Shown here: in pieces, positions 1 through 10,798 of the stretch
How the letters are laid out: the number at the start of each line of letters is the position of its first letter
How positions within the stretch are numbered: position 1 is the first letter of the stretch
Source: Escherichia coli
GTDB taxonomy: Bacteria > Pseudomonadota > Gammaproteobacteria > Enterobacterales > Enterobacteriaceae
Direction: 5' to 3' (one strand)
Length of the DNA: 64,000 nucleotides
NCBI RefSeq assembly: GCF_041248615.1
Contig: NZ_CP158426.1
The notes under the pieces: model-generated
The model's database searches: none
Seen by the model: the letters and a program-made list of their open reading frames with translations, nothing else
Told to the model about the DNA's origin: nothing
Position numbers and translations under genes: made by a program

Positions 1-2638
1 TTCCGCATTGCGTAGTAATGTCAGTATGCTCGGCAAAGTGCTGGGAGAAACCATCAAGGATGCGTTGGGAGAACACATTCTTGAACGCGTAGAAACTATC
101 CGTAAGTTGTCCAAATCTTCACGCGCTGGCAATGATGCTAACCGCCAGGAGTTGCTCACCACCTTACAAAATTTGTCGAACGACGAGCTGCTGCCCGTTG
201 CGCGTGCGTTTAGTCAGTTTCTGAACCTGGCCAACACCGCCGAGCAATACCACAGCATTTCGCCGAAAGGCGAAGCTGCCAGCAACCCGGAAGTGATCGC
301 CCGCACCCTGCGCAAACTGAAAAACCAGCCGGAACTGAGCGAAGACACCATCAAAAAAGCAGTGGAATCGCTGTCGCTGGAACTGGTCCTCACGGCTCAC
401 CCAACCGAAATTACCCGTCGTACACTGATCCACAAAATGGTGGAAGTGAACGCCTGTTTAAAACAGCTCGATAACAAAGATATCGCTGACTACGAACACA
501 ACCAGCTGATGCGCCGCCTGCGCCAGTTGATCGCCCAGTCATGGCATACCGATGAAATCCGTAAGCTGCGTCCAAGCCCGGTAGATGAAGCCAAATGGGG
601 CTTTGCCGTAGTAGAAAACAGCCTGTGGCAAGGCGTACCGAATTACCTGCGCGAACTGAACGAACAACTGGAAGAGAACCTCGGCTACAAACTGCCCGTC
701 GAATTTGTTCCGGTGCGTTTTACCTCGTGGATGGGCGGTGACCGCGACGGCAACCCGAACGTCACTGCCGATATCACCCGCCACGTCCTGCTGCTCAGTC
801 GCTGGAAAGCCACCGATCTGTTCCTGAAAGATATTCAGGTGCTGGTTTCTGAACTGTCGATGGTTGAAGCAACCCCTGAACTGCTGGCGCTGGTCGGCGA
901 AGAAGGTGCCGCAGAGCCGTATCGCTATCTGATGAAAAACCTGCGTTCTCGCCTGATGGCGACACAGGCATGGCTGGAAGCGCGCCTGAAAGGCGAAGAA
1001 CTGCCAAAACCAGAAGGCCTGCTGACACAAAACGAAGAACTGTGGGAACCGCTCTACGCTTGCTACCAGTCCCTTCAGGCATGTGGCATGGGTATTATCG
1101 CCAACGGCGATCTGCTCGACACTCTGCGTCGCGTGAAATGTTTCGGCGTACCGCTGGTGCGCATTGATATCCGCCAGGAGAGCACCCGCCATACCGAAGC
1201 ATTGGGCGAGCTGACCCGCTATCTCGGCATCGGCGATTATGAAAGCTGGTCAGAGGCCGACAAACAGGCATTCCTGATCCGCGAACTGAACTCCAAACGT
1301 CCGCTTCTGCCGCGCAACTGGCAACCAAGCGCCGAAACGCGCGAAGTGCTCGATACCTGCCAGGTGATTGCCGAAGCACCGCAAGGCTCCATTGCCGCCT
1401 ACGTGATCTCGATGGCGAAAACGCCGTCCGACGTGCTGGCTGTCCACCTGCTGCTGAAAGAAGCGGGTATCGGCTTTGCGATGCCGGTTGCTCCGCTGTT
1501 TGAAACTCTCGATGACCTGAACAACGCCAACGATGTCATGACTCAGCTACTGAATATCGACTGGTATCGCGGCCTGATTCAGGGCAAACAGATGGTGATG
1601 ATTGGCTATTCCGACTCAGCAAAAGATGCGGGCGTGATGGCGGCTTCCTGGGCGCAATATCAGGCACAGGATGCATTAATCAAAACCTGCGAAAAAGCGG
1701 GTATTGAACTGACTCTGTTCCACGGTCGCGGCGGTTCCATTGGTCGCGGCGGCGCACCTGCTCATGCGGCGCTGCTGTCACAACCGCCAGGAAGCCTGAA
1801 AGGCGGCCTGCGCGTGACTGAACAGGGCGAGATGATCCGCTTTAAATATGGTCTGCCAGAAATCACCGTCAGCAGCCTGTCGCTGTACACCGGGGCGATT
1901 CTGGAAGCCAACCTGCTGCCACCACCTGAGCCGAAAGAGAGCTGGCGTCGCATTATGGATGAACTGTCAGTCATCTCCTGCGATCTCTACCGTGGCTACG
2001 TACGTGAAAACAAAGATTTTGTGCCTTACTTCCGCTCCGCTACGCCGGAACAGGAACTGGGCAAACTGCCGTTGGGTTCACGTCCGGCGAAACGTCGCCC
2101 GACTGGCGGCGTCGAGTCGCTGCGCGCCATTCCGTGGATCTTCGCCTGGACGCAAAACCGCCTGATGCTCCCCGCCTGGCTGGGTGCAGGTACGGCGCTG
2201 CAAAAAGTGGTCGAAGATGGCAAACAGAGCGAGCTGGAGGCTATGTGCCGCGATTGGCCATTCTTCTCGACGCGTCTCGGCATGCTGGAGATGGTCTTCG
2301 CCAAAGCAGACCTGTGGCTGGCGGAATACTATGACCAACGTCTGGTAGACAAAGCACTGTGGCCGTTAGGTAAAGAGTTACGCAATCTGCAAGAAGAAGA
2401 CATCAAAGTGGTGCTGGCGATTGCCAACGATTCCCATCTGATGGCCGATCTGCCGTGGATTGCAGAGTCTATTCAGCTACGGAATATTTACACCGACCCG
2501 CTGAACGTATTGCAGGCCGAGTTGCTGCACCGCTCCCGCCAGGCAGAAAAAGAAGGCCATGAGCCGGATCCTCGCGTCGAGCAGGCGTTAATGGTCACTA
2601 TTGCCGGGATTGCGGCAGGTATGCGTAATACCGGCTAA
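1..2638 (+). CDS. ppc: Phosphoenolpyruvate carboxylase, 5'-truncated at window edge (about 5 codons missing)
   Basis: ORF 8..2638 continues in frame back to base 2; translation matches Ppc along its length, including [30 protein letters not shown] and the C-terminal MRNTG. The TTG at 8 is internal, not the true start. Confidence 0.97.
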   Translation, partial: SALRSNVSMLGKVLGETIKDALGEHILERVETIRKLSKSSRAGNDANRQELLTTLQNLSNDELLPVARAFSQFLNLANTAEQYHSISPKGEAASNPEVIARTLRKLKNQPELSEDTIKKAVESLSLELVLTAHPTEITRRTLIHKMVEVNACLKQLDNKDIADYEHNQLMRRLRQLIAQSWHTDEIRKLRPSPVDEAKWGFAVVENSLWQGVPNYLRELNEQLEENLGYKLPVEFVPVRFTSWMGGDRDGNPNVTADITRHVLLLSRWKATDLFLKDIQVLVSELSMVEATPELLALVGEEGAAEPYRYLMKNLRSRLMATQAWLEARLKGEELPKPEGLLTQNEELWEPLYACYQSLQACGMGIIANGDLLDTLRRVKCFGVPLVRIDIRQESTRHTEALGELTRYLGIGDYESWSEADKQAFLIRELNSKRPLLPRNWQPSAETREVLDTCQVIAEAPQGSIAAYVISMAKTPSDVLAVHLLLKEAGIGFAMPVAPLFETLDDLNNANDVMTQLLNIDWYRGLIQGKQMVMIGYSDSAKDAGVMAASWAQYQAQDALIKTCEKAGIELTLFHGRGGSIGRGGAPAHAALLSQPPGSLKGGLRVTEQGEMIRFKYGLPEITVSSLSLYTGAILEANLLPPPEPKESWRRIMDELSVISCDLYRGYVRENKDFVPYFRSATPEQELGKLPLGSRPAKRRPTGGVESLRAIPWIFAWTQNRLMLPAWLGAGTALQKVVEDGKQSELEAMCRDWPFFSTRLGMLEMVFAKADLWLAEYYDQRLVDKALWPLGKELRNLQEEDIKVVLAIANDSHLMADLPWIAESIQLRNIYTDPLNVLQAELLHRSRQAEKEGHEPDPRVEQALMVTIAGIAAGMRNTG

Positions 2639-2652
2639 TCTTCCTCTCCTGC

Positions 2653-2685
2653 AAACCCTCGTGCTTTTGCGCGAGGGTTTTCTGA
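2653..2685 (+). terminator. Rho-independent terminator downstream of ppc
   Basis: GC-rich inverted repeat aaaccctcgtgc/gcgcgagggttt followed by a T-run. Confidence 0.6.
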
Positions 2686-2820
2686 AATACTTCTGTTCTA
2701 ACACCCTCGTTTTCAATATATTTCTGTCTGCATTTTATTCAAATTCTGGATATCCCTTCAGATATCCTTAAGGAATTGTCGTTACATTCGGCGATATTTT
2801 TTTCAAGACAGGTTCTTACT

Positions 2821-4554
2821 ATGCATTCCACAGAAGTCCAGGCTAAACCCCTTTTTAGCTGGAAAGCCCTGGGTTGGGCACTGCTCTACTTTTGGTTTTT
2901 CTCTACTCTGCTACAGGCCATTATTTACATCAGTGGTTATAGTGGCACTAACGGCATTCGCGACTCGCTGTTATTCAGTTCGCTGTGGTTGATCCCGGTA
3001 TTCCTCTTTCCGAAGCGGATCAAAATTATTGCCGCAGTGATCGGCGTGGTGCTATGGGCGGCCTCTCTGGCGGCGCTGTGCTACTACGTCATCTACGGTC
3101 AGGAGTTCTCGCAGAGCGTTCTGTTTGTGATGTTTGAAACCAACACCAACGAAGCCAGCGAGTATTTAAGCCAGTATTTCAGCCTGAAAATTGTGCTTAT
3201 CGCGCTGGCCTATACGGCAGTGGCAGTTCTGCTGTGGACACGCCTGCGCCCGGTCTATATTCCAAAGCCGTGGCGTTATGTTGTCTCTTTTGCCCTACTT
3301 TATGGCTTGATTCTGCATCCGATCGCCATGAATACGTTTATCAAAAACAAGCCGTTTGAGAAAACGTTGGATAACCTGGCATCGCGTATGGAGCCTGCCG
3401 CACCGTGGCAATTCCTGACCGGCTATTATCAGTATCGTCAGCAACTAAACTCGCTAACAAAGCTACTGAATGAAAATAATGCCTTGCCGCCGCTGGCGAA
3501 TTTCAAAGATGAATCGGGTAACGAACCGCGCACTTTAGTGCTGGTGATTGGCGAGTCGACCCAGCGTGGCCGCATGAGTCTGTACGGTTATCCGCGTGAA
3601 ACCACGCCGGAGCTGGATGCGCTGCATAAAACCGATCCGAATCTGACCGTGTTTAATAACGTGGTGACGTCTCGTCCTTACACCATTGAAATACTGCAAC
3701 AGGCGCTGACCTTTGCCAATGAAAAGAACCCGGACCTGTACCTGACACAGCCGTCGCTGATGAACATGATGAAACAGGCGGGTTATAAAACCTTCTGGAT
3801 CACCAACCAGCAGACGATGACCGCCCGCAATACCATGCTGACGGTATTTTCGCGCCAGACCGACAAGCAGTACTACATGAACCAGCAACGTACGCAGAGT
3901 GCGCGTGAATACGACACCAACGTGCTGAAGCCGTTCCAGGAAGTGCTGAAGGACCCTGCGCCGAAGAAACTGATCATCGTTCATCTGCTGGGTACGCATA
4001 TCAAGTACAAGTACCGTTATCCGGAAGATCAGGGCAAATTTGACGGTAATACAGAGCATGTTCCACCGGGATTAAACGCAGAAGAGCTGGAGTCATATAA
4101 TGATTATGACAATGCTAACCTGTACAACGATCACGTGGTTGCCAGCCTGATTAAAGACTTTAAAGCAGCAGACCCGAACGGTTTCCTGGTTTATTTCTCT
4201 GACCACGGTGAAGAGGTTTACGACACGCCGCCGCACAAAACTCAGGGGCGTAATGAAGACAACCCGACGCGTCATATGTACACCATTCCGTTCCTGCTGT
4301 GGACGTCAGAAAAATGGCAAGCGACTCATCCGCGTGATTTCTCACAGGATGTTGATCGTAAATACAGCCTGGCGGAACTGATCCACACCTGGTCAGATTT
4401 GGCGGGCTTATCTTACGACGGTTACGATCCAACCCGTTCAGTGGTGAATCCGCAGTTCAAAGAAACTACCCGCTGGATTGGTAACCCGTACAAGAAAAAC
4501 GCGCTGATCGATTACGACACGCTGCCATATGGCGACCAGGTAGGTAATCAGTAA
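2821..4554 (+). CDS. eptC: Phosphoethanolamine transferase EptC (YijP), 577 aa
   Basis: ORF 2776..4554; N-terminal multi-pass hydrophobic region followed by a sulfatase-like periplasmic domain. Start placed at MHSTEVQAKP, the recognised EptC N-terminus. Confidence 0.9.
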   Translation: MHSTEVQAKPLFSWKALGWALLYFWFFSTLLQAIIYISGYSGTNGIRDSLLFSSLWLIPVFLFPKRIKIIAAVIGVVLWAASLAALCYYVIYGQEFSQSVLFVMFETNTNEASEYLSQYFSLKIVLIALAYTAVAVLLWTRLRPVYIPKPWRYVVSFALLYGLILHPIAMNTFIKNKPFEKTLDNLASRMEPAAPWQFLTGYYQYRQQLNSLTKLLNENNALPPLANFKDESGNEPRTLVLVIGESTQRGRMSLYGYPRETTPELDALHKTDPNLTVFNNVVTSRPYTIEILQQALTFANEKNPDLYLTQPSLMNMMKQAGYKTFWITNQQTMTARNTMLTVFSRQTDKQYYMNQQRTQSAREYDTNVLKPFQEVLKDPAPKKLIIVHLLGTHIKYKYRYPEDQGKFDGNTEHVPPGLNAEELESYNDYDNANLYNDHVVASLIKDFKAADPNGFLVYFSDHGEEVYDTPPHKTQGRNEDNPTRHMYTIPFLLWTSEKWQATHPRDFSQDVDRKYSLAELIHTWSDLAGLSYDGYDPTRSVVNPQFKETTRWIGNPYKKNALIDYDTLPYGDQVGNQ

Positions 4555-4628
4555 ATGACCTTTGTATCGCGTCTGGCGCTATTTGCCGGATGCGATACTG
4601 TCGCAATGTTTACATCGAACTCCCCTCA

Positions 4629-4656
4629 GGCCACACTTTTCAGGTGGCCTTTTTTA
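4629..4656 (+). terminator. Rho-independent terminator downstream of eptC
   Basis: Hairpin ggccac...gtggcc followed by tttttt. Confidence 0.6.
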
Positions 4657-4702
4657 ATAATGCCAGTTACTGTTTTCTCGTCTACATACCTAAGGGAATA
4701 AC

Positions 4703-5554
4703 ATGTATCACGACGTCAGCTATCTGCTCTCCCGCCTGATCAACGGCCCGCTGTCCCTGCGCCAGATTTACTTTGCCAGCAGTAACGGCCCGGTGCCCGA
4801 TCTTGCGTATCAGGTCGATTTTCCACGACTGGAAATTGTGCTGGAAGGTGAGTTTGTTGATACCGGCGCTGGAGCAACGTTAGTTCCCGGCGATGTACTA
4901 TACGTTCCCGCTGGTGGCTGGAATTTTCCACAATGGCAAGCCCCCGCTACTACCTTTAGCGTGCTGTTTGGCAAACAGCAACTCGGCTTCAGCGTCGTGC
5001 AATGGGATGGCAAACAATATCAAAATCTGGCGAAGCAACACGTCGCCCGACGCGGCCCACGCATAGGTTCCTTTCTGCTACAAACGCTCAATGAAATGCA
5101 AATGCAGCCGCAGGAGCAGCAAACGGCAAGGCTTATCGTCGCCAGCCTGCTTAGCCACTGCCGCGATTTGCTTGGCAGCCAAATCCAGACCGCCTCACGC
5201 AGCCAGGCACTATTCGAAGCTATTCGCGATTATATCGACGAACGCTATGCCTCCGCGCTTACCCGCGAATCTGTCGCACAGGCATTCTATATTTCGCCAA
5301 ATTACCTCTCGCACCTGTTTCAAAAAACGGGGGCCATTGGTTTTAACGAATACCTGAATCACACGCGACTGGAGCACGCTAAGACGTTATTGAAAGGCTA
5401 TGACCTGAAGGTAAAAGAAGTGGCGCACGCCTGCGGCTTTGTCGACAGCAACTACTTCTGCCGTCTGTTTCGTAAAAATACCGAACGCTCACCGTCGGAA
5501 TATCGTCGGCAGTACCACAGCCAACTGACAGAAAAACCGACTACTCCAGAATGA
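4703..5554 (+). CDS. yijO: AraC-family transcriptional regulator YijO, 283 aa
   Basis: ORF 4703..5554; C-terminal AraC-type HTH region (ISPNYLSHLF...NYFCRLFRK). Confidence 0.88.
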   Translation: MYHDVSYLLSRLINGPLSLRQIYFASSNGPVPDLAYQVDFPRLEIVLEGEFVDTGAGATLVPGDVLYVPAGGWNFPQWQAPATTFSVLFGKQQLGFSVVQWDGKQYQNLAKQHVARRGPRIGSFLLQTLNEMQMQPQEQQTARLIVASLLSHCRDLLGSQIQTASRSQALFEAIRDYIDERYASALTRESVAQAFYISPNYLSHLFQKTGAIGFNEYLNHTRLEHAKTLLKGYDLKVKEVAHACGFVDSNYFCRLFRKNTERSPSEYRRQYHSQLTEKPTTPE

Positions 5555-5882
5555 GATGGGTTTGCTGCGGCGCAGAAAGCACTTTGCGTACCGCGCTCAT
5601 CACCCGCTGCGGCTCACGCAGGAAAGCGTAGATGCTGCATTGCACATAGCGGCAATGTTCAAATCGCTCAGCACCGGCAAGCTCGATATCCGTAATCAAC
5701 AGCGCAACATCCGCCCGGCGGATATCCTCGTCCGCTAAACGATTCTCCGTTCCCAACGCGCCCTGGGTTTCAATGCTGACGCCCCACTTCTCTAACTGGC
5801 ACAACTTTTCCAGCCGTTCCGCCGCCATATATGTATGCGCCACGCCGCTTACGCAGGCGGTTACTGCCACCAGGTATGCCAT
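5541..5882 (-). CDS. frwD: PTS fructose-like IIB component FrwD, 113 aa
   Basis: ORF 5541..5966 trimmed to the MAYLVAVTACVSGVAHTYMAAE start; IIB-type CxxGxAHTYMA motif. Confidence 0.88.
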   Translation of the reverse strand: MAYLVAVTACVSGVAHTYMAAERLEKLCQLEKWGVSIETQGALGTENRLADEDIRRADVALLITDIELAGAERFEHCRYVQCSIYAFLREPQRVMSAVRKVLSAPQQTHLILE

Positions 5883-5883
5883 T

Positions 5884-6762
5884 TTAACCTCCCACGGTAA
5901 CCTGAAATCCGGCCCATTCTGCCATTTCACGCATCGTTGCCACATCGGCTGACGACGGCGCAGCAACCTCTTTCATCGACCATGTTTTCCCCAGCAGGCG
6001 GTATTTCGGCTCGCCGTACTGATGAAACGGTAACAGATGGATCTGCTTGATATTCAGCGGGATCAGCACGTCCAGCGCCTGCTGCATATTCTCCCGGCTG
6101 AGCGTGAAACCAGGGATCAGCGGTAAACGCGGGATCACGTTGACGCCCTCACTCACCAGCAAACGCAGATTCTCCAGCACGCGTGGCAGATTCATCTTCA
6201 CCACATCCCGCGCCTGAGTCGCGTCCATAATTTTTAAATCGAACAACACTTCATCGCACAATTTCGCCAGCGGTAGCAGCTTGCTGGCTGGCGCGTCTCC
6301 GGCAGTTTCAATGGCGCATGACACGCCCCACAACCGCAGCCGCTGTAAAAAACGGGTAGCAAACTCCGCCTGCATTAACACTTCGCCGCCAGAAAGCGTG
6401 ACGCCGCCGCCGGACGTGCGAAAGAAAATGTCATCTTTCATCACTTCACGTTCCAGCGCGTCAAGGCTGATATCGCGGCCAATCCGTTCAAACGCCCCGG
6501 AGGGGCATTCATCCGCATCACGCAAACATTTCGCACAGTGCAGACATTTCGCCTCTCTGCGTACCGTCTGGATTTTGCCGGAGATCGACTCCGGATTAGC
6601 ACACCATGGGCAAAGATGCGGACAGCCTTTAAAAAAGACCACCGTACGAATGCCCTCGCCGTCATTCAGTGAATAACGCTGAATGTTGAAAATGCGCGCC
6701 ACATCATTGCGGCGCGTTTCCACAACGTTACAGCTGATGCGCTGTCCGGCGGATGATGTCAT
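5884..6762 (-). CDS. pflC: Pyruvate formate-lyase 2 activating enzyme PflC (radical SAM), 292 aa
   Basis: ORF 5884..6831 trimmed to MTSSAGQ; radical-SAM CxxxCxxC cluster (GCPHLCPWCANPES) and additional Cys motifs. Confidence 0.9.
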   Translation of the reverse strand: MTSSAGQRISCNVVETRRNDVARIFNIQRYSLNDGEGIRTVVFFKGCPHLCPWCANPESISGKIQTVRREAKCLHCAKCLRDADECPSGAFERIGRDISLDALEREVMKDDIFFRTSGGGVTLSGGEVLMQAEFATRFLQRLRLWGVSCAIETAGDAPASKLLPLAKLCDEVLFDLKIMDATQARDVVKMNLPRVLENLRLLVSEGVNVIPRLPLIPGFTLSRENMQQALDVLIPLNIKQIHLLPFHQYGEPKYRLLGKTWSMKEVAAPSSADVATMREMAEWAGFQVTVGG

Positions 6763-9025
6763 CCTGGATCTCCTTCGACAATTCGACAAAGAAGGCGCTG
6801 TATCCGGCAACGCGCACCACCAGCCCGGCATAATCTTGTGGGCGCTGTTGCGCTTCCCGCAACGTGTCGGCGTTCACCACGTTAAACTGAATGTGTTGTA
6901 ACTTAAGCTGGGTAAATGCCCGTAAGAAGTCGGCCAGTTTGCGTAATCCCGCTTCACCTTCCAGGGTCGCCGGAGTGAATTTCACGTTCAGCAACGTACC
7001 GTTAGACAGCAGCGTATTATCGAGCTTACTGACTGACTTCAGTACCGCCGTTGGCCCTTGTGCGTCCTGACCCAGCATAGGTGACAAGCCGCCGTCTGCC
7101 AGTTGTTCCCCGGCAAAACGACCGTCTAGCGTCGCGCCAACCACCGATCCCAACGGGACGTGAGCAGAAACGGTATACGATCCCGGCGTGAAGTAGCCGC
7201 CGCGCGGGTTCTGGTATTTTTCCACTTCTTTGCAGTAGTGGCGTAACAGTTCGGCGCTGATGTTATCCACCTCGTCGATATCGTTACCGTATTTCTCGAA
7301 GCGGTTAATTAAGCGAGCACGGACTTTTTCGCCTTCTGGCGTTGCGAAGTTGGCTTTTAATACCGACAGCAATTCGTCAAAACTTAAACGCTGTTGCTCA
7401 AAAATCATACCTTTCAACGCATGGAGAGAATCGCTCAGGTTGGCGATACCGATCCCCTGTACGCCGGAGAAGTTATAACGCGCACCGCCATCGGTAATAT
7501 CGCGGCCTTTTTCCAGACAATCGCTGATAAAAGACGAGAGCAGCGGTACAGGTGCCCAGTCACGGTGACCGATATCGCAAATATTGCTGCCCTCAACCAT
7601 CAGGGTGATGTAGTGGCTGATCTTGGCGCGGATCTGCTCCAGTAAACCTTCATAAGTCAGCGCAGCATTGCCTTCATTTTCATGCAGGCAGATTTCCATC
7701 ACTTTCAGCAGATTAAACATCGCGATGTCATGCAAGCCGTAGGTTCTGCCGGGAATAGATAATTCCACACAGCCCACTACGGAATAGTCGCGCGCATCTT
7801 CCAGCGAAACGCCACGGTTGAGGAACGCTGGCACTACCACTTCATCGTTAAAGATTTGCGGAATACCGGTGCCGAGGCGAATGGTTTCTGCGGTTTTCAT
7901 CAGGAACGGCGTGTCGATCAAGGCGTTAGTGCGCACCCCCAGGTTCGGTTGCGGTAATTGCACGCTTTGATAAGCGTCAAGGCAAAGGAACGAAAGCACG
8001 TTCACCGCGCTACGTCCGTTCTCGGTTAACCCGCCGAGCAGTGCGGTATAGCCGGTCGGGAAACCGGCGAAATAACGCGCGCTACTGGTGGAGCGCAACA
8101 GCACGATGTCGTTGCATTTCACCCATAAAGATTCGAGCAGTTCTTTCAGGAACGCCGGATCTTCGCCCTGGGTTAAAGATGCCTGATAGAACGGCAACAT
8201 ATACTGGTCGAAGCGCCCTAAAGACAGCGAACTGGCGTTGGATTCGTATTGCAGAATGATGTTCATGTACCAGAATAACTGGCACGCCTGCCAGAACGTC
8301 TGCGGCTTATGTTCGGCGTTATGGCGAGAGATCTCCGCAATAGTCAGCAGTTCTTCGCGACGCTGGGCATCTGTGCAGTTTGCCGCCATCGTTTCCGCCA
8401 GTTCGGCGTAACGCAAAATGTGTTTCTGCGAGGCTTCGAGCAGTAACAGCGCTGCCTGATAAAAGTGATTCTCCGGCTGTTGCTGACAATGTTGCTGCAT
8501 CTGCGCTACCAGCTCACCCAGCCCGTGATTCAGCAGGCGCGGGTAATCAATAATAATGTGCCCCTGGCCTTTATCCGTCTGGTTGATGCTGAAAATCTGC
8601 GTGCTGGTCGCGGCTTTTACTTCATCCGTCATCTGCCCGTTGATGAAATCTTTCATCGAACGTTTTTCCCAGTACGGGAACAACTCTTCACGGTAGATAC
8701 GTTTATCTTCTTCGCTGATAGCAAAGCGGTCCTGCGGACGCGTCGGGAATTGATCCAGCTCTTTCAGCAGCCAGTAAGGGTCCATTTCCGGCGACATAAT
8801 TCCGGCGCGCGGTTTCACCGTACGGTTACCGGCAATCAGTTCTTCATCACGAATCGATATTTCAACATGTTCAAGGATATACGCTGTTGCTTTCGCCCGG
8901 CGCAATATCACCGGTTCGCCTTCGGTTTGCCGATGGCTGGCGGTATAAAGCAGCGCCCGCTCCAGCGAGATTTCACGGGTATTGGCAAACAGTGCAGTTT
9001 TGAGGCGAGAGATACGATTCGTCAT
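6728..9025 (-). CDS. pflD: Pyruvate formate-lyase-like glycyl radical enzyme PflD, 765 aa
   Basis: ORF 6728..9025; C-terminal glycyl-radical motif RVAGYSAFF; 35-bp overlap with pflC, typical operon arrangement. Confidence 0.93.
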   Translation of the reverse strand: MTNRISRLKTALFANTREISLERALLYTASHRQTEGEPVILRRAKATAYILEHVEISIRDEELIAGNRTVKPRAGIMSPEMDPYWLLKELDQFPTRPQDRFAISEEDKRIYREELFPYWEKRSMKDFINGQMTDEVKAATSTQIFSINQTDKGQGHIIIDYPRLLNHGLGELVAQMQQHCQQQPENHFYQAALLLLEASQKHILRYAELAETMAANCTDAQRREELLTIAEISRHNAEHKPQTFWQACQLFWYMNIILQYESNASSLSLGRFDQYMLPFYQASLTQGEDPAFLKELLESLWVKCNDIVLLRSTSSARYFAGFPTGYTALLGGLTENGRSAVNVLSFLCLDAYQSVQLPQPNLGVRTNALIDTPFLMKTAETIRLGTGIPQIFNDEVVVPAFLNRGVSLEDARDYSVVGCVELSIPGRTYGLHDIAMFNLLKVMEICLHENEGNAALTYEGLLEQIRAKISHYITLMVEGSNICDIGHRDWAPVPLLSSFISDCLEKGRDITDGGARYNFSGVQGIGIANLSDSLHALKGMIFEQQRLSFDELLSVLKANFATPEGEKVRARLINRFEKYGNDIDEVDNISAELLRHYCKEVEKYQNPRGGYFTPGSYTVSAHVPLGSVVGATLDGRFAGEQLADGGLSPMLGQDAQGPTAVLKSVSKLDNTLLSNGTLLNVKFTPATLEGEAGLRKLADFLRAFTQLKLQHIQFNVVNADTLREAQQRPQDYAGLVVRVAGYSAFFVELSKEIQDDIIRRTAHQL

Positions 9026-9075
9026 GAGGAACTCCTGTGGGAAAGCGAACCCGCCCTTACGGGCGGGATAAGAAC

Positions 9076-9396
9076 TTAAGCGGTTTGTGCCAGGTGAGCT
9101 TCAATTTTGCTCATAATGGCATCAGCGCGTTTTACCGCGTCGCTGATGTTGACGCGCACGATGGTCTTGCCAGCAAAACGCTCTTCAAACTTGATGCCGA
9201 TATCTTTGGTCAGAATCACCATATCGGCGCTCGCCACGTCTTCCGCAGTCAGTTCATTTTCCAGACCAATCGAGCCCTGGGTTTCTACTTTCACTTCCCA
9301 GCCTTTCGCTTTCGCGGCACTTTCCAGCGCCTCTGCCGCCATATAGGTATGGGCAACACCAGATGGACACGCGGTTACTGCAATAATTTTCGTCAT
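9076..9396 (-). CDS. frwB: PTS fructose-like IIB component FrwB, 106 aa
   Basis: ORF 9076..9396; IIB motif CPSGVAHTYMAAEALE. Confidence 0.9.
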   Translation of the reverse strand: MTKIIAVTACPSGVAHTYMAAEALESAAKAKGWEVKVETQGSIGLENELTAEDVASADMVILTKDIGIKFEERFAGKTIVRVNISDAVKRADAIMSKIEAHLAQTA

Positions 9397-9410
9397 GGCT
9401 CGTTCCTCAA

Positions 9411-10490
9411 TTAATTAATTTCAAAATCCAAATCCAGGTCGTCTTCTTTTTCATCAGTCGAAGACCCATTATTACGCGCCAGACTTTTCAGCACGTTCAC
9501 GCAGACTGCCGTCACAACCGCCCCGACAGCCACTGCTGCGATATAACCCAGCTTGCCTTCAACCACCGGCAGCACAATCAGACCGCCCCAGCCTGCATAG
9601 CACTGCGCACCGACCAGCGCCGCAGTTACTGCACCACAAACTGAACCGACCATGATGGAAGGAATAACACGCAGCGGATCGGCAGCGGCGAAAGGAATCG
9701 CCCCTTCAGTAACCCCAACGCACCCCATCACCAACGCCGCCTTGCCGGTTTCGCGCTCTTCTGCGGAGAAATTTTTACGACCAATCAGCGTCGCCAGCCC
9801 CATCCCCAGCGGCGGGATACAAATACCCACGGCAGCAATGGCCACCACGGTATATACACCCTGAGCAACGCAAATCAGCATGAAGGCATAGGCCACTTTG
9901 TTAACCGGACCGCCCATATCGAACGCCAGCATCAGACCCATGATCACCGCCAGCATAACAATGCTGCCCTGCTGCATCCCCTGAAGCCACTGAGTCAGGC
10001 TGTTGGTCAATGCCCCCACAGGCTCGCCCAGCCCCCACATCATGATGCCTGCGGTAATCAGTGTGCCGACGATCGGAATGATGAAGATTGGCATCACCGA
10101 GCGCAGAACTTTATGCACCGGAATTTTCTTCAGGTAATGCACCACGATGCCGCCAATAATCCCGGCGATCAGCGCACCAAAGAAGCCCGCACCAAAGCTG
10201 TTGCCGACCCAGGCACCGATAGCGCACGGGGCCAGCGCAGAGCGTTCTGCAATGGAATAACCAATGTAAGCAGCGAGGAAAGGCACCATCAGCGTCAAAC
10301 CTGCAACGCCGATATCAAACAGTTTTTTCAGATTCGGATCGGCTACGGCATCCGGCACTGCGCCTTTGCCATACAACATGACGGAAACCGCCAGCAAAAT
10401 ACCGCCCGATACCACGAAGGGAATCATGTGTGAAACGCCCGTCATTAAGTGCTGACGGGTATTTTTCAGGATCTGCACCAACTCATTCAT
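9411..10490 (-). CDS. frwC: PTS fructose-like IIC permease FrwC, 359 aa
   Basis: ORF 9411..10511 trimmed to MNELVQILKNT; polytopic membrane protein. Confidence 0.88.
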   Translation of the reverse strand: MNELVQILKNTRQHLMTGVSHMIPFVVSGGILLAVSVMLYGKGAVPDAVADPNLKKLFDIGVAGLTLMVPFLAAYIGYSIAERSALAPCAIGAWVGNSFGAGFFGALIAGIIGGIVVHYLKKIPVHKVLRSVMPIFIIPIVGTLITAGIMMWGLGEPVGALTNSLTQWLQGMQQGSIVMLAVIMGLMLAFDMGGPVNKVAYAFMLICVAQGVYTVVAIAAVGICIPPLGMGLATLIGRKNFSAEERETGKAALVMGCVGVTEGAIPFAAADPLRVIPSIMVGSVCGAVTAALVGAQCYAGWGGLIVLPVVEGKLGYIAAVAVGAVVTAVCVNVLKSLARNNGSSTDEKEDDLDLDFEIN

Positions 10491-10798
10491 AAGCTGCTCC
10501 CGGGCTTGCAAAAGCCCATGTCCATATTTTTGATGGAGGAAACAATAGGCAATCGCAGGCGGAGCAAACAGTGGATAAAAAGGCCATTTACTGGACTTTT
10601 GTAATATCAGTACAAAAATGCGATCCGCCTCATAACTTGCGGCAACCCGGAAGCATGCCGCAAAACGGCGTCTTGTGAGACGCGTCGCAAATTGACGGTT
10701 ACATTACATTTGTCCAGCTTTTGGCAGATTTGTCACATGGCAGGCCGTTGCCGTGCGCTCTTATCCTGTAAACAGAAAACCGTACCGGGAGAGAGGCA

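Noticed and set aside
164-2338. Multiple 60-217 aa ORFs on both strands inside ppc (for example 539..1192 -, 795..1082 -, 1848..2165 +)
   Set aside because: Entirely nested in or antisense to the well-supported ppc reading frame; no independent start or termination context. Judged spurious.
8465-9079. 204-aa ORF antisense to pflD, and similar antisense ORFs within katG, metL, pfkA and tpiA
   Set aside because: Nested antisense ORFs in highly expressed or conserved genes without start-site context; typical six-frame noise.
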